A stretch of DNA of 64,000 nucleotides from Weeksellaceae bacterium (GTDB taxonomy: Bacteria > Patescibacteriota > Microgenomatia > UBA1406 > GWC2-37-13), in contig JBGSBR010000004.1 of NCBI GenBank assembly GCA_041730495.1, positions 13,836 through 77,835 of the forward strand, in the 5' to 3' direction. Positions 43,306-52,520 of the stretch are shown here, piece after piece (positions within the stretch are counted from its first letter, which is position 1; each line of letters opens with the position of its first letter). A model generated the notes under the pieces. That model did no database searches, was not told the DNA's origin, and saw only the letters and a program-made list of their open reading frames with translations. Both the position numbers and the translations under genes were made by a program.

Positions 43306-43378
43306 TGTCATTCCGGACTTGATCCGGAATCTAGTTCAGAAATATTGTACTGGACCCCCGATCGCAGTCGGGATGACA
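43306..43378. repeat. Double-hairpin palindromic element
   Basis: TGTCAT ... ATGACA outer inverted repeat encloses hairpin ATTCCGGA-CTTGA-TCCGGAAT (43310..43330) and hairpin CCCGA-TCGCAG-TCGGG (43357..43372). Confidence 0.45.
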
Positions 43379-43386
43379 TTCTTAGC

Positions 43387-43419
43387 AAAAAAAAACAGCC
43401 TCCCATTGCTGAGAGGCTG
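43387..43419 (-). terminator. Intrinsic terminator of the cupredoxin gene
   Basis: Minus strand CAGCCTC-loop-GAGGCTG followed by nine T. Lies 23 nt downstream of the stop at 43442. Confidence 0.6.
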
Positions 43420-43441
43420 ATTAATAGTTGTTATACTATTT

Positions 43442-43990
43442 TTATTTCACGGTAAGTGTGCCGACCATACCCATCTGACGATGTTGTCCGACACTGCAGT
43501 AGTATTCGAAACTACCAGTCTTGTCTGCTACGAACTCGACAGTTTCTGATGCGCCAGCTTGGATCTGTGCTGTGGCGACATCGAATTCATCAATCACAAG
43601 ATCATGAAAACCTTCTGTGTTTTCAAATGTAATACGAACAGTGTCACCTTTATTTACAGTCATTGTATTTGGTGCAAAAGTAAATTCATCACCTTTGACA
43701 GTAAATTCTTTGACTTCACCTTCTGTTTCATTTTCCATTGTGCCTGATGGAGCCATTTTTTTCTCATCGGCTGTCATAGCATCATCTGAGGCTTCCATAG
43801 CACCAGAAGGAGTCATGCTCTCATCTGAGGTGGCTTCATTGGTGATCTCAGTACCATTATTAGTGGTCTGTGATGAGTTGCGATTCATCGCAAGATATAC
43901 GACTGCGCCAGCAAGAAGTAAAATGACAATAAGCATCATGATTGAGCGGTTTCCGTTGGATGCCGCTTGTTGTGTCTGTGTTTCTTCCAT
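43442..43990 (-). CDS. Membrane-anchored cupredoxin (type 1 blue-copper) domain protein
   Basis: N-terminal TM helix. Copper-ligand pattern FH...YYCSVGQHRQMGM (His, Cys-x4-His-x4-Met). Confidence 0.75.
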   Translation of the reverse strand: MEETQTQQAASNGNRSIMMLIVILLLAGAVVYLAMNRNSSQTTNNGTEITNEATSDESMTPSGAMEASDDAMTADEKKMAPSGTMENETEGEVKEFTVKGDEFTFAPNTMTVNKGDTVRITFENTEGFHDLVIDEFDVATAQIQAGASETVEFVADKTGSFEYYCSVGQHRQMGMVGTLTVK

Positions 43991-44040
43991 AGTTAATTAA
44001 TACTTATAACAGTACTTTATACCATGTTTTGAGCTGCGGT

Positions 44041-45081
44041 TCAAGTTTGGGCAGTATATGGAGCGAGAATCCGACGCACATCGTCAAGACTATTCATCTG
44101 CATGAGCTGTGCTCGTACTTCGGCTGCATGTGGGATATTCTTGCAGTACCAAGCCATATGTTTACGGAGAGATATGAAATGACCATCAGGAAGTAATCGT
44201 GTAAATGATTCTACATGTTTATATGTCGCTTCGAATCGTTCAGCTGTAGTCGCTTCATGTTCCTTGAAAAACCAGGGATTGCCAAATGTAGCTCGACCAA
44301 TGAGTACTCCATCGACGTTGTAATCATTGATACGATCTCGTGCCTCTGGCATTGATTGGATATCACCGTTACCAAGTAAGATTGTTTTTGTTTTATGTGC
44401 GAGCTCAGCTGCTTTGCCGATCTCATCCCAGTCTGCACGACCAGTATACATCTGCGCAAGCGTGCGACCATGTAGCGTGATTGCCACGGGCTCCATTTCG
44501 AGTAAATTTGCAATCCATGCTTCTGTGACCGGCACCTCGACTCCGATACGTGTTTTTACGCTTACGGGTAAAATCTGTCTGGTAGTGATTATATTATGAG
44601 TTTTCTTAAATGTTTGTACCCAGTTGATGATTGACTCAGCTACTTCGGCTTCTTCGATAGTTTTACCTTCTGACCAATCCTTGATTGCCGTTTTGACTGT
44701 TTTTATGATTTCTTGCGCATGCTTCGGCTGTAGTATCAGTCCAGCACCAGCACCACGTTTGGTTATCGTTTTATCAGGGCATCCCATATTGATATCCACG
44801 CCATCAAATCCTGCTTCACAAGCGACAAATGTAGCTTTGTAGTAAGCAATTAGATCTGTACCATAGATCTGTGCAATAGTTGGTGTCTCGGTTTGATGAT
44901 AGACGAAAGAATGCAGCACTTTTTCTGCTCCATGTGCGATAGCTTCAACTGGCACAAATTCGGTTAACAATACATCAGGTTTACTATACGTATCGACCAT
45001 ATAACGAAATGCGGCATCAGTGACACCGTCCATGGGTGATAGACCAAATATGGGTTTTTTCTGTTCTGACCAGTTAATCAT
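44041..45081 (-). CDS. tRNA-dihydrouridine synthase
   Basis: Dus pattern LSPMDGVTD, GFDGVDINMGCP, SVKTRIG, HGRT. Confidence 0.9.
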   Translation of the reverse strand: MINWSEQKKPIFGLSPMDGVTDAAFRYMVDTYSKPDVLLTEFVPVEAIAHGAEKVLHSFVYHQTETPTIAQIYGTDLIAYYKATFVACEAGFDGVDINMGCPDKTITKRGAGAGLILQPKHAQEIIKTVKTAIKDWSEGKTIEEAEVAESIINWVQTFKKTHNIITTRQILPVSVKTRIGVEVPVTEAWIANLLEMEPVAITLHGRTLAQMYTGRADWDEIGKAAELAHKTKTILLGNGDIQSMPEARDRINDYNVDGVLIGRATFGNPWFFKEHEATTAERFEATYKHVESFTRLLPDGHFISLRKHMAWYCKNIPHAAEVRAQLMQMNSLDDVRRILAPYTAQT

Positions 45082-45103
45082 ATGAGTCTTTATTATATAA
45101 TGC

Positions 45104-45109
45104 TATAAT
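45104..45109 (+). promoter_or_regulatory. -10 box abutting the next ORF (leaderless)
   Basis: TATAAT, 6 nt, ATG 45116. Confidence 0.45.
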
Positions 45110-45115
45110 TGATAT

Positions 45116-45619
45116 ATGGCAGATACTGATAATATAAAAGGAACAATCTATATAAGTGATACCGCTGCAAATAACGAAGCTAAAAATCCACAAACAATAC
45201 AAGAAACTAAAGCTCAAGTCGAAAAAATTGTATCTGCAGGACAAAAAAACATCTTCTATTGTAAAAGTGTCTTTCCGTTTGATTTCTTCCCCGATGTCAT
45301 CACTATAGATCTTAATAAAATTGATATTGATCGAGGTATATTTTTTTTTACACGACAACGGATATCTATACCATTTGCAACTATAATTGGTGTGACTGGT
45401 ATCAATGATATTTTATTCGGCAGTGTTGTAATCGAAACTACAGGATTTGAGGAAACACATGTCCAGATAAAAAAGCTTTGGCATAAAGATGCTATCAAAG
45501 CTAGACGTATCATTGCAGGCGTCCTAGCTTGTATCAAAGATGGTGTTGATCTGGGTCAACTGGATGCAAAATATGTAACTGAAAAAGTCGAAGAGATTGG
45601 AAGAACAGCTACGGGATAA
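45116..45619 (+). CDS. Hypothetical protein
   Basis: ORF with protein-like composition. No family recognised. Confidence 0.5.
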   Translation: MADTDNIKGTIYISDTAANNEAKNPQTIQETKAQVEKIVSAGQKNIFYCKSVFPFDFFPDVITIDLNKIDIDRGIFFFTRQRISIPFATIIGVTGINDILFGSVVIETTGFEETHVQIKKLWHKDAIKARRIIAGVLACIKDGVDLGQLDAKYVTEKVEEIGRTATG

Positions 45620-45727
45620 CTACTTAAGCTACTTAACTTCTTTACTTTTATGCTATAATCAATTATAGTAAATTTGTATTAATAATCATGAATAGGAATA
45701 GCGAATTATTAGTTATCTCAAATACTT

Positions 45728-46279
45728 ATGAATAAAAATATAATTTTTGCATGCATCTTAATTGTCCTTATTAGTAGTGCAAGCTATATCGTTTACACAA
45801 CAAGTCAGTCATCGTCTGATCGATCAGGTATGACTGATAAAGAAACAACGATGCCAAACGAGAATACTCCACAGATTGAAACTGAAACAACTACAGATGA
45901 ATCAAATAAGATTTATTCTGGTCAACAAATTGCAGGTACTGTCTCTCCATACATAATTTTCAATAATCAAGATTACAAGCAGGCATTAGCAGAAGGTAAA
46001 ACAGTGTTTCTAGAGTTTTATGCAAGTTGGTGTCCAGTATGTCGTGGTGAGGCACCAGATATTGAGGCGGGATTTGATCAACTTAATGATCCAAACATTG
46101 TAGGATTTCGTGTTAATTACAATGATCCTGATACAGATGAGACAGAAAAGGCACTTGCTCAAGAATACGGTGTAACGTATCAACATACCAAGGTGCTTAT
46201 TAAAAATGGTGAAGTTGTTTTGAAAAATGGCGAGGTTTGGGATACTGAACGATTCTTAAATGAAATAAAAAGCAATTAA
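45728..46279 (+). CDS. Membrane-anchored thioredoxin-like (TlpA/ResA-type) thiol:disulfide oxidoreductase
   Basis: N-terminal TM helix and active site WCPVC in FYASWCPVCRGE. Confidence 0.85.
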   Translation: MNKNIIFACILIVLISSASYIVYTTSQSSSDRSGMTDKETTMPNENTPQIETETTTDESNKIYSGQQIAGTVSPYIIFNNQDYKQALAEGKTVFLEFYASWCPVCRGEAPDIEAGFDQLNDPNIVGFRVNYNDPDTDETEKALAQEYGVTYQHTKVLIKNGEVVLKNGEVWDTERFLNEIKSN

Positions 46280-46295
46280 TTATTAATACCTTATT

Positions 46296-48038
46296 ATGAC
46301 AATACTTCTCGCTTTCGCTTTTGTATCAGGATTGATTACAATCTTTGCGCCATGTATCTGGCCACTGCTTCCAATCATCTTATCTTCAGGTGCGACTGGA
46401 GGGCATCGTAAAGCTTTTGGTATTACTCTTGGTTTGATGATTAGTTTTGCCGTCTTCACTCTCACACTTTCGTATATTGTGAGTATCATACCATTTGATC
46501 CAAGTAGCTTACGTTATGTAGCTGTCGTGATTATTGGCTTTTTAGGGCTTACATTATTAGTACCCAAATTATCACAATTACTTGAAGGATATGTCAGTCG
46601 ATTTAGTGGAAAAGTTGGTTTAAAACAGCAACAAAATGATAGTTTTAGTTCGGGACTTCTTACTGGTGCTACTCTAGGTATCATCTGGACACCATGTGCG
46701 GGTCCTATCTTAGCGACGATTGCGACACTTGCTGCGACACAAGCGGTAAACTTCCAGTTAGTGCTTGTAACTCTCGCCTATGTCACTGGCGTCGGTATTC
46801 CCCTCTTTATTTTTACTATTCTAGGTCAACGACTATTTACGCGTACACGTGCACTCAATAAATACACTGGTCGTATCCAACAGATATTTGGATTGATTAT
46901 GATACTGACTGCGCTTACGATAGCGACAAATTATGACAAAGTACTGCAAGTGAAGTTGCTTGATGCTTTTCCATCATATGCTCAGTTTATAAATGATTTA
47001 GAAAGCAATGATAAAGTACAAACAGAGCTCAATAAACTCAAAGGTAATAATACAACAGATGCTGAAATGCGTTTCCCAAGCTCAAAAGGTGAGCTGGAAA
47101 ACTTCGGACCAGCACCTGAGCTGACAGGTATCAGTGGATATCTCAATACAGATGGTAAACCAGTGACACTGGCTGAGCTCAAAGGAAAAGTAGTTTTGAT
47201 CGATTTCTGGACTTATACCTGTATTAACTGTATTCGCACATTACCGTATGTCACCAGTTGGTATGAAAAATACAAAGATGATGGATTTGTAGTAGTCGGT
47301 GTGCATACTCCAGAGTTCGTGTTTGAACGTAAGCAAGAAAATGTAGAAGCTGCAATAAAACAATACAATATTACCTATCCAGTGGTTCAAGATAATGATT
47401 ATGAAACCTGGAATGCATATGAAAATCGTTACTGGCCAGCACACTATCTAATCGATGCCAAAGGTAATATCAGATATGTCCATTTCGGCGAAGGAAGCTA
47501 TGATGTGACAGAGAATGCAATTCGTACTTTGCTTGAAGAAGCAGGTAATGATCTGACTGGTTCAAAGACTGATATGCCAGATGAAGCACGCAATACTGCA
47601 CGTACTCCTGAGACATATCTCGGCTATGCCCGAGCCCGCTATATGGCTGATCCTTCACAGTTTAAATCCGGTACAAATAATTATACGTATCCTGCTGAGA
47701 TACCTATAAATACGTTTGCATATGAGGGTCAATGGACAGTGGATGATGAGTTTTCGAAGGCAGGCGAAGGTGCGCATCTGAAGATGCATTTTCAGGCAAA
47801 CAATGTCTTTCTCGTCATGCATCCACCCGAAGGTAAATCCGTAGATGTTCGTATCACACTTGACGGTAAGCCTATATCAGCAGCCGATGCCGGAGCTGAT
47901 GTAAAAGATGGCATTATTACGATTACTCAACCCGATTTATACGAAATCGTACGAATCGAAGGTGAAACCAGTAATCATATACTAGAGATAAAATTTCTAG
48001 ACGATGGTGCTGAAGTGTACGCGTTTACGTTTGGTTGA
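46296..48038 (+). CDS. DipZ-like fusion: CcdA/DsbD transmembrane electron-transfer domain, thioredoxin-like domain and C-terminal beta domain
   Basis: CcdA cysteines in FAPCIWP and TPCAGP. Redoxin motif WTYTCINCIR. Confidence 0.8.
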   Translation: MTILLAFAFVSGLITIFAPCIWPLLPIILSSGATGGHRKAFGITLGLMISFAVFTLTLSYIVSIIPFDPSSLRYVAVVIIGFLGLTLLVPKLSQLLEGYVSRFSGKVGLKQQQNDSFSSGLLTGATLGIIWTPCAGPILATIATLAATQAVNFQLVLVTLAYVTGVGIPLFIFTILGQRLFTRTRALNKYTGRIQQIFGLIMILTALTIATNYDKVLQVKLLDAFPSYAQFINDLESNDKVQTELNKLKGNNTTDAEMRFPSSKGELENFGPAPELTGISGYLNTDGKPVTLAELKGKVVLIDFWTYTCINCIRTLPYVTSWYEKYKDDGFVVVGVHTPEFVFERKQENVEAAIKQYNITYPVVQDNDYETWNAYENRYWPAHYLIDAKGNIRYVHFGEGSYDVTENAIRTLLEEAGNDLTGSKTDMPDEARNTARTPETYLGYARARYMADPSQFKSGTNNYTYPAEIPINTFAYEGQWTVDDEFSKAGEGAHLKMHFQANNVFLVMHPPEGKSVDVRITLDGKPISAADAGADVKDGIITITQPDLYEIVRIEGETSNHILEIKFLDDGAEVYAFTFG

Positions 48039-48040
48039 GA

Positions 48041-48619
48041 TTAGCCACTTAAGTCCCCTGGCCAGTAACCCATTTTACGAAGAGCTATGTATGTGGGTAA
48101 AATATACTCGAATAATCGTACTATACCTCCCTCAATGTCATTTCTTGAAGCATGTAACGCGATAAATGTGTCTAAGTCTCGACCAGTTTCTGCAAATACT
48201 GTATCTAATGTATCATACCATTGCTGATGGGTTTGACTGCGAAACAAAGGACTATGATAGTGATCTGCACCAGTTAGTTTCTCTTGTAATTTCTCTTCTA
48301 CAAACGATCGGTATGTTTCATTTTTTTCATGTCCTGGATAATTTAAGCGTTTTGCAGGTAAAAAACGAGCATGAAAATTATTAAAAGCTCTTGCATAGCC
48401 TAAATCTGCTACTTGTGTATCAGTAAGTGCACGGAGTCTTGTAATCTCAGCTGCAGGATCAATCCAAAGATCAGGCTTATTCAGTACATCATCAATTTGG
48501 CGTTGCCGTTCTGTATCAACTGTATCTTGTAGATCACGCATGATTGCGTCTTCGACTGTTAAACCAACATAGTGCGTTTCTTCAGGTAAAGAGTGATTAC
48601 GTCGTTCTGGAGGATTCAT
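48041..48619 (-). CDS. Hypothetical protein
   Basis: Soluble, charged ORF. ATG 48619 (MNPPERRN) is preferred; the tracked GTG 48673 would overlap the upstream gene by 43 nt. Confidence 0.45.
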   Translation of the reverse strand: MNPPERRNHSLPEETHYVGLTVEDAIMRDLQDTVDTERQRQIDDVLNKPDLWIDPAAEITRLRALTDTQVADLGYARAFNNFHARFLPAKRLNYPGHEKNETYRSFVEEKLQEKLTGADHYHSPLFRSQTHQQWYDTLDTVFAETGRDLDTFIALHASRNDIEGGIVRLFEYILPTYIALRKMGYWPGDLSG

Positions 48620-48630
48620 AAGAGTAGTTA

Positions 48631-50268
48631 CTATATAATTTCTTCTTTTTTGAGTCTGACGAAGCTGATCCACTCCTCTATCACCTCGATGATGAGCTTA
48701 AATGGTGCTTCGATGATGAAATCAAAGATCAAGATAAAGAAGTTGATACGTGACACTCCTTCACTGAAAATTTTACCTAGTGAAAGAATCGGCATGAAGA
48801 AAAAATCGACAACAGGTGAATACACAGTTTCTTTCAATGTCAGACGATAACGATTGGAAAGCTGTTTGATACGGTATGCGAAAAATGCAACAACACTGAT
48901 AAAGAAGATGAATAATGCTTGACTTAAGATATTAAACTCAAATGCTGAGAGTACTTCGTAGATCAAAAATAATGTCACGAGGAATGTCAGTGTATACAAA
49001 ATACTGAAACCAAAGACAAGTACTGGTCTCTTGTACTTCACTTCACGACTGATGAGCGCAACGGTTTTCTCGAATGTCGGATCAGCATCGATGATATCTA
49101 AGATACGGAAAAAGATACGTTTAGTATTGTCTTCACCTGGTACAGAAACAGTCAGAATAATCAGCAACATGAAGATGGGTGGTACGATACTGTTGATGCC
49201 GATAGCCCAGTAATTAACATGGTTATAAATAAGTTGTGAAACTGGTACTTCAAGGATCAAAGCAAATAACATCTTGGTCACAAAAATATAGATTAAACTG
49301 CGTACTGCTAAGTTGTTTAAGCGAGCTTTGACATTTGCATATTTTTCACGACAGATTTCATCCACTTGAGTCCACAAGGCACGTTTATCAGCAAGTATTG
49401 CTGCTGCGTTTGTTCGATTTCTACGTAGGATTGAAAATAAGATGAGAAATGGTGGCAGTTGACGTCGAGTGAAGCGAATCATTTTCTCGACAGTAGTGTT
49501 TGTCATCAGATCATCAATTTTTTTGGCGATTGCGGGAAGCTTGGTGATGATATCTGGTAACTCTTCCTCACTCATGCGTGAGAGAGGTTTATAAAAAAGA
49601 GTGAATAAATGATAGCGCTGATAAGCTCGGTCACTTTTACGATATGCATTTTCGATTGCTACAAACAAGAATGTATCTTTATCTTTTTCCTCCACGCCTT
49701 CAAGTTTTACTTTGTCTTTCAGGATTTGATAGATGAAGTATGTAAAATCTGATTCTTGTTTGGATTCGGTGATGTTAAGTGTTTCTTCAATCTCAGCTGT
49801 AATCAGATCGGTGAGAGCATCATTGAGATACTGTTTATTCTTGTTGTTACGGCCAGTTAGTAATTTCTTTTTAATGAGAAGATATTTATCGATGATTTTT
49901 TGGATCAGATCGATATCATATTCACCGAGAGAGCCATTGGGAAAGTAACGTGCCCACATCAGCTCTCGTAGTACATTCTCAGCTTCATTCTTGCCTTGTG
50001 GATTTAGTGCAAGTCTGCGTTTTAAGATACGCTCGATTGCTGCACGTCGGATCAGATGGTCTTCACGATACTCAATCGCATTACGTACTTTTTCATAGAC
50101 GAGAGCAAGGAAGGATACCGTTTGTGAAACAGTAAGTTTGGTATAGTCGTCAGTAGGAGCTTTGGGTTTCAGAGATGCCAAAGCTTGGAGTAATTTATCT
50201 GTTACTTTAGACAAAACAATTTTCTCGTTGTTTTTGATACTCGTAGCTGGATCTGGTTGCTCAGGCAT
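48631..50268 (-). CDS. Hypothetical membrane protein (soluble N-terminal domain of about 320 aa plus about 6 TM helices)
   Basis: Long ORF. ATG 50268 sits 7 nt after a minus-strand TATAAT (50281..50276). The tracked TTG start is at 50319. Confidence 0.55.
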   Translation of the reverse strand: MPEQPDPATSIKNNEKIVLSKVTDKLLQALASLKPKAPTDDYTKLTVSQTVSFLALVYEKVRNAIEYREDHLIRRAAIERILKRRLALNPQGKNEAENVLRELMWARYFPNGSLGEYDIDLIQKIIDKYLLIKKKLLTGRNNKNKQYLNDALTDLITAEIEETLNITESKQESDFTYFIYQILKDKVKLEGVEEKDKDTFLFVAIENAYRKSDRAYQRYHLFTLFYKPLSRMSEEELPDIITKLPAIAKKIDDLMTNTTVEKMIRFTRRQLPPFLILFSILRRNRTNAAAILADKRALWTQVDEICREKYANVKARLNNLAVRSLIYIFVTKMLFALILEVPVSQLIYNHVNYWAIGINSIVPPIFMLLIILTVSVPGEDNTKRIFFRILDIIDADPTFEKTVALISREVKYKRPVLVFGFSILYTLTFLVTLFLIYEVLSAFEFNILSQALFIFFISVVAFFAYRIKQLSNRYRLTLKETVYSPVVDFFFMPILSLGKIFSEGVSRINFFILIFDFIIEAPFKLIIEVIEEWISFVRLKKEEII

Positions 50269-50275
50269 GGGTGTA

Positions 50276-50281
50276 ATTATA
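50276..50281 (-). promoter_or_regulatory. -10 box abutting ATG 50268
   Basis: Minus-strand TATAAT, 7 nt, ATG. Confidence 0.4.
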
Positions 50282-50321
50282 CTTGAAACACCACAAAATA
50301 GCTTAGTTCCTGCGGGCAACT

Positions 50322-51725
50322 TTACTCTTTCAGTTCTGCACCAGTTTTGACGATCATTGTTTGTAGCTCAGCGACTTTTTCTTTGACTATTTCAGCTGTG
50401 TTTCCCTCTATATTCAAGCGTAATAGTGGCTCAGTATTGGATGTACGAATACTGAAACGCCACTCTGGAAAGTCGATTGCTAAACCGTCAAGTTTTGAAA
50501 CAGTGCCTGCTGAATACGTTTCTTCGATCTGCATCAGGAAACCAGGCATATCTAATCCATGTGGAAGCTCATAATTAAACTCGCCAGATTCGATAGATGT
50601 ATGTACGGATTTGAGAATCTCTGAGATTGGTCTTTGCTCTCTTGCTAAGACTCTTAACACATAAAGAATTACACGGATTGTACTCTCACAACCGCCCATT
50701 TCTTTGAAGTAATAATGTCCAGAAGACTCACCTGCGAACTGTCCGTTGCCTTCATTCATCTGCTGTGTGATAAATGCGTGGCCGATTTTGGTGTATTCAG
50801 TGATACCCCCAAGTTCCTTGACTGCATTTTCGACACTTCGTACATAGCGGATATCGACAAGGATAGTAGCACCAGGATGGTCCATGAGTACTTCTTTGGC
50901 AATTAAAGCCGTGATCAAGGTAGCTGGGATTATGTCACCTTTTTCATCGATGAACATGGCACGATCTGCATCACCATCAGTACAGATTCCGAGATCTGCT
51001 TTCATCTCGACGACTTTGTCTTGAAGTTGACGCAGTGTCTTGTGCTGCAATGGATCTGCTTGATGTGCTGGAAAGGTACCATCGAGTGTGTCATTGATCA
51101 TGGTAAGCTTGGCATCGAAGCGACTAAATAACTCTTTGACGGGTGGAATACCCATTGAGTTAGCAGGATCTGATACGATGTTTAGCATACTTACATCACC
51201 AGGATTGATGGTTTCGATAGCTTCGGTTACTTCTTCTGCAACAATATTTTCGATTACTTTTTCGGTTCCGTCATGAGTGAAATCCAGGAACTCTTTGCGC
51301 AGAGTGATATCTTTGATATCTGGCATACCGGTGTTTTTGCCAATCTTGACGAGCTTTTCACCTTCTCGCACTGCCATTTTGACACCGTTGTACTCTGCTG
51401 GATTATGTGAAGCACTGATCTGGATTCCGACATCATATCCATATTTTTTGAGCGTGTAATAGACAGTAGGTGTAGCTACCAGTCCGATATTGATGACATG
51501 TGCACCAGAATCAATGAGTGTTTGGCGCATGACTGCAAAAAGAGATGGTGATGAAAGACGCATATCACGACCGAGGACGATTGTAATATCACGTTTATTC
51601 AGTCGTTTACTAAGATATGCATATACGCCACGTGCTACATCGGCAATAACTTCTTCGTTGAGCTCTGTTGGGTAAATAGAACGGATATCGTAGGCTTTGA
51701 AGATGGCTGGGTTTACGGTTGTCAT
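50322..51725 (-). CDS. Phosphomannomutase/phosphoglucomutase
   Basis: Active-site loop SASHNPAEYNG, metal loop TDGDADR, sugar loop GESSGH. Confidence 0.9.
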   Translation of the reverse strand: MTTVNPAIFKAYDIRSIYPTELNEEVIADVARGVYAYLSKRLNKRDITIVLGRDMRLSSPSLFAVMRQTLIDSGAHVINIGLVATPTVYYTLKKYGYDVGIQISASHNPAEYNGVKMAVREGEKLVKIGKNTGMPDIKDITLRKEFLDFTHDGTEKVIENIVAEEVTEAIETINPGDVSMLNIVSDPANSMGIPPVKELFSRFDAKLTMINDTLDGTFPAHQADPLQHKTLRQLQDKVVEMKADLGICTDGDADRAMFIDEKGDIIPATLITALIAKEVLMDHPGATILVDIRYVRSVENAVKELGGITEYTKIGHAFITQQMNEGNGQFAGESSGHYYFKEMGGCESTIRVILYVLRVLAREQRPISEILKSVHTSIESGEFNYELPHGLDMPGFLMQIEETYSAGTVSKLDGLAIDFPEWRFSIRTSNTEPLLRLNIEGNTAEIVKEKVAELQTMIVKTGAELKE

Positions 51726-51760
51726 AAAATTGTATAAATGTTAATTGCTATGTCTGTATT

Positions 51761-52459
51761 TTACCTTAAAAAATAGCAAGCGAGTACCTCAATTGAGTCT
51801 GCTTGCGAAAATACTGAAGCACTTGTTTTGAGACGAATATCAATTCTTGTTAATCCTTCATAAAAATCGACCAAGCGTTTATCTTGCCAGCTGCGAGCTT
51901 GCGCTTGCAGTTTACCTTTTTGCCATGGTGCAGTGCCGGCAGGTAATATCCCTTCAGAAACCAGTATCAGTTTACGGATATGCTTCCACAGCATCGCAAA
52001 CACAAAGCCCTCATCTTGAATGGTTGTCAGTGTTCGCAAAGTTTGTAGGAAGACATTTAAGTTACCTGGATAACAGGTTTCTTGCAGCTGAAAGATTGTC
52101 GCTGATAGTTTGTATTCTTGAAAGCTTGAAGCGAGTTTTTTGAGAGATGTCAGCTCATAAGCTGATTTCTCTTCTTCCCAATCGATGAGGATGATATTTT
52201 TATCTTTGGCAAGCTCCTCTACTGCAGTTTTAGCAGCAGTTTTAGTACGCCCTTTATAAAGTTTAGATAAGTTTTCAACTATGTATACAGATTGAGCAGC
52301 AAATAAACTCATCACCCCTGCTCCATTTTTATGCAGTTCAATCACTTCAGGTAAAGCAACCTGTTGGATATGAAAACCTTTTTGATGATAGCTTTTGCGG
52401 AGTTCGTTGAGATGGTTGCGTGAGGCAGCACTATCTTCACCACAGATGATCGTCAGCAT
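51761..52459 (-). CDS. holA: DNA polymerase III delta subunit-like protein
   Basis: Short HolA-like pattern (ICGEDS..., LF...VYIVEN, IFQLQE..., MLWKHIRKLILV, RIDIRLKTS). Weak. Confidence 0.45.
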   Translation of the reverse strand: MLTIICGEDSAASRNHLNELRKSYHQKGFHIQQVALPEVIELHKNGAGVMSLFAAQSVYIVENLSKLYKGRTKTAAKTAVEELAKDKNIILIDWEEEKSAYELTSLKKLASSFQEYKLSATIFQLQETCYPGNLNVFLQTLRTLTTIQDEGFVFAMLWKHIRKLILVSEGILPAGTAPWQKGKLQAQARSWQDKRLVDFYEGLTRIDIRLKTSASVFSQADSIEVLACYFLR

Positions 52460-52508
52460 GTGGTTATTGTACTAGAAAACGGGTGTTTTTTCTGCCCAGA
52501 GGTTTATG

Positions 52509-52514
52509 TATACT
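52509..52514 (+). promoter_or_regulatory. -10 box abutting the PfkB kinase start (leaderless)
   Basis: TATACT, 6 nt, ATG 52521. Confidence 0.4.
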
Positions 52515-52520
52515 GAATAG

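Noticed and set aside
43111-43311. 66-aa minus-strand ORF in the obg-cupredoxin spacer
   Set aside because: It overlaps the obg 3' end and the repeat elements, and its composition is not protein-like.
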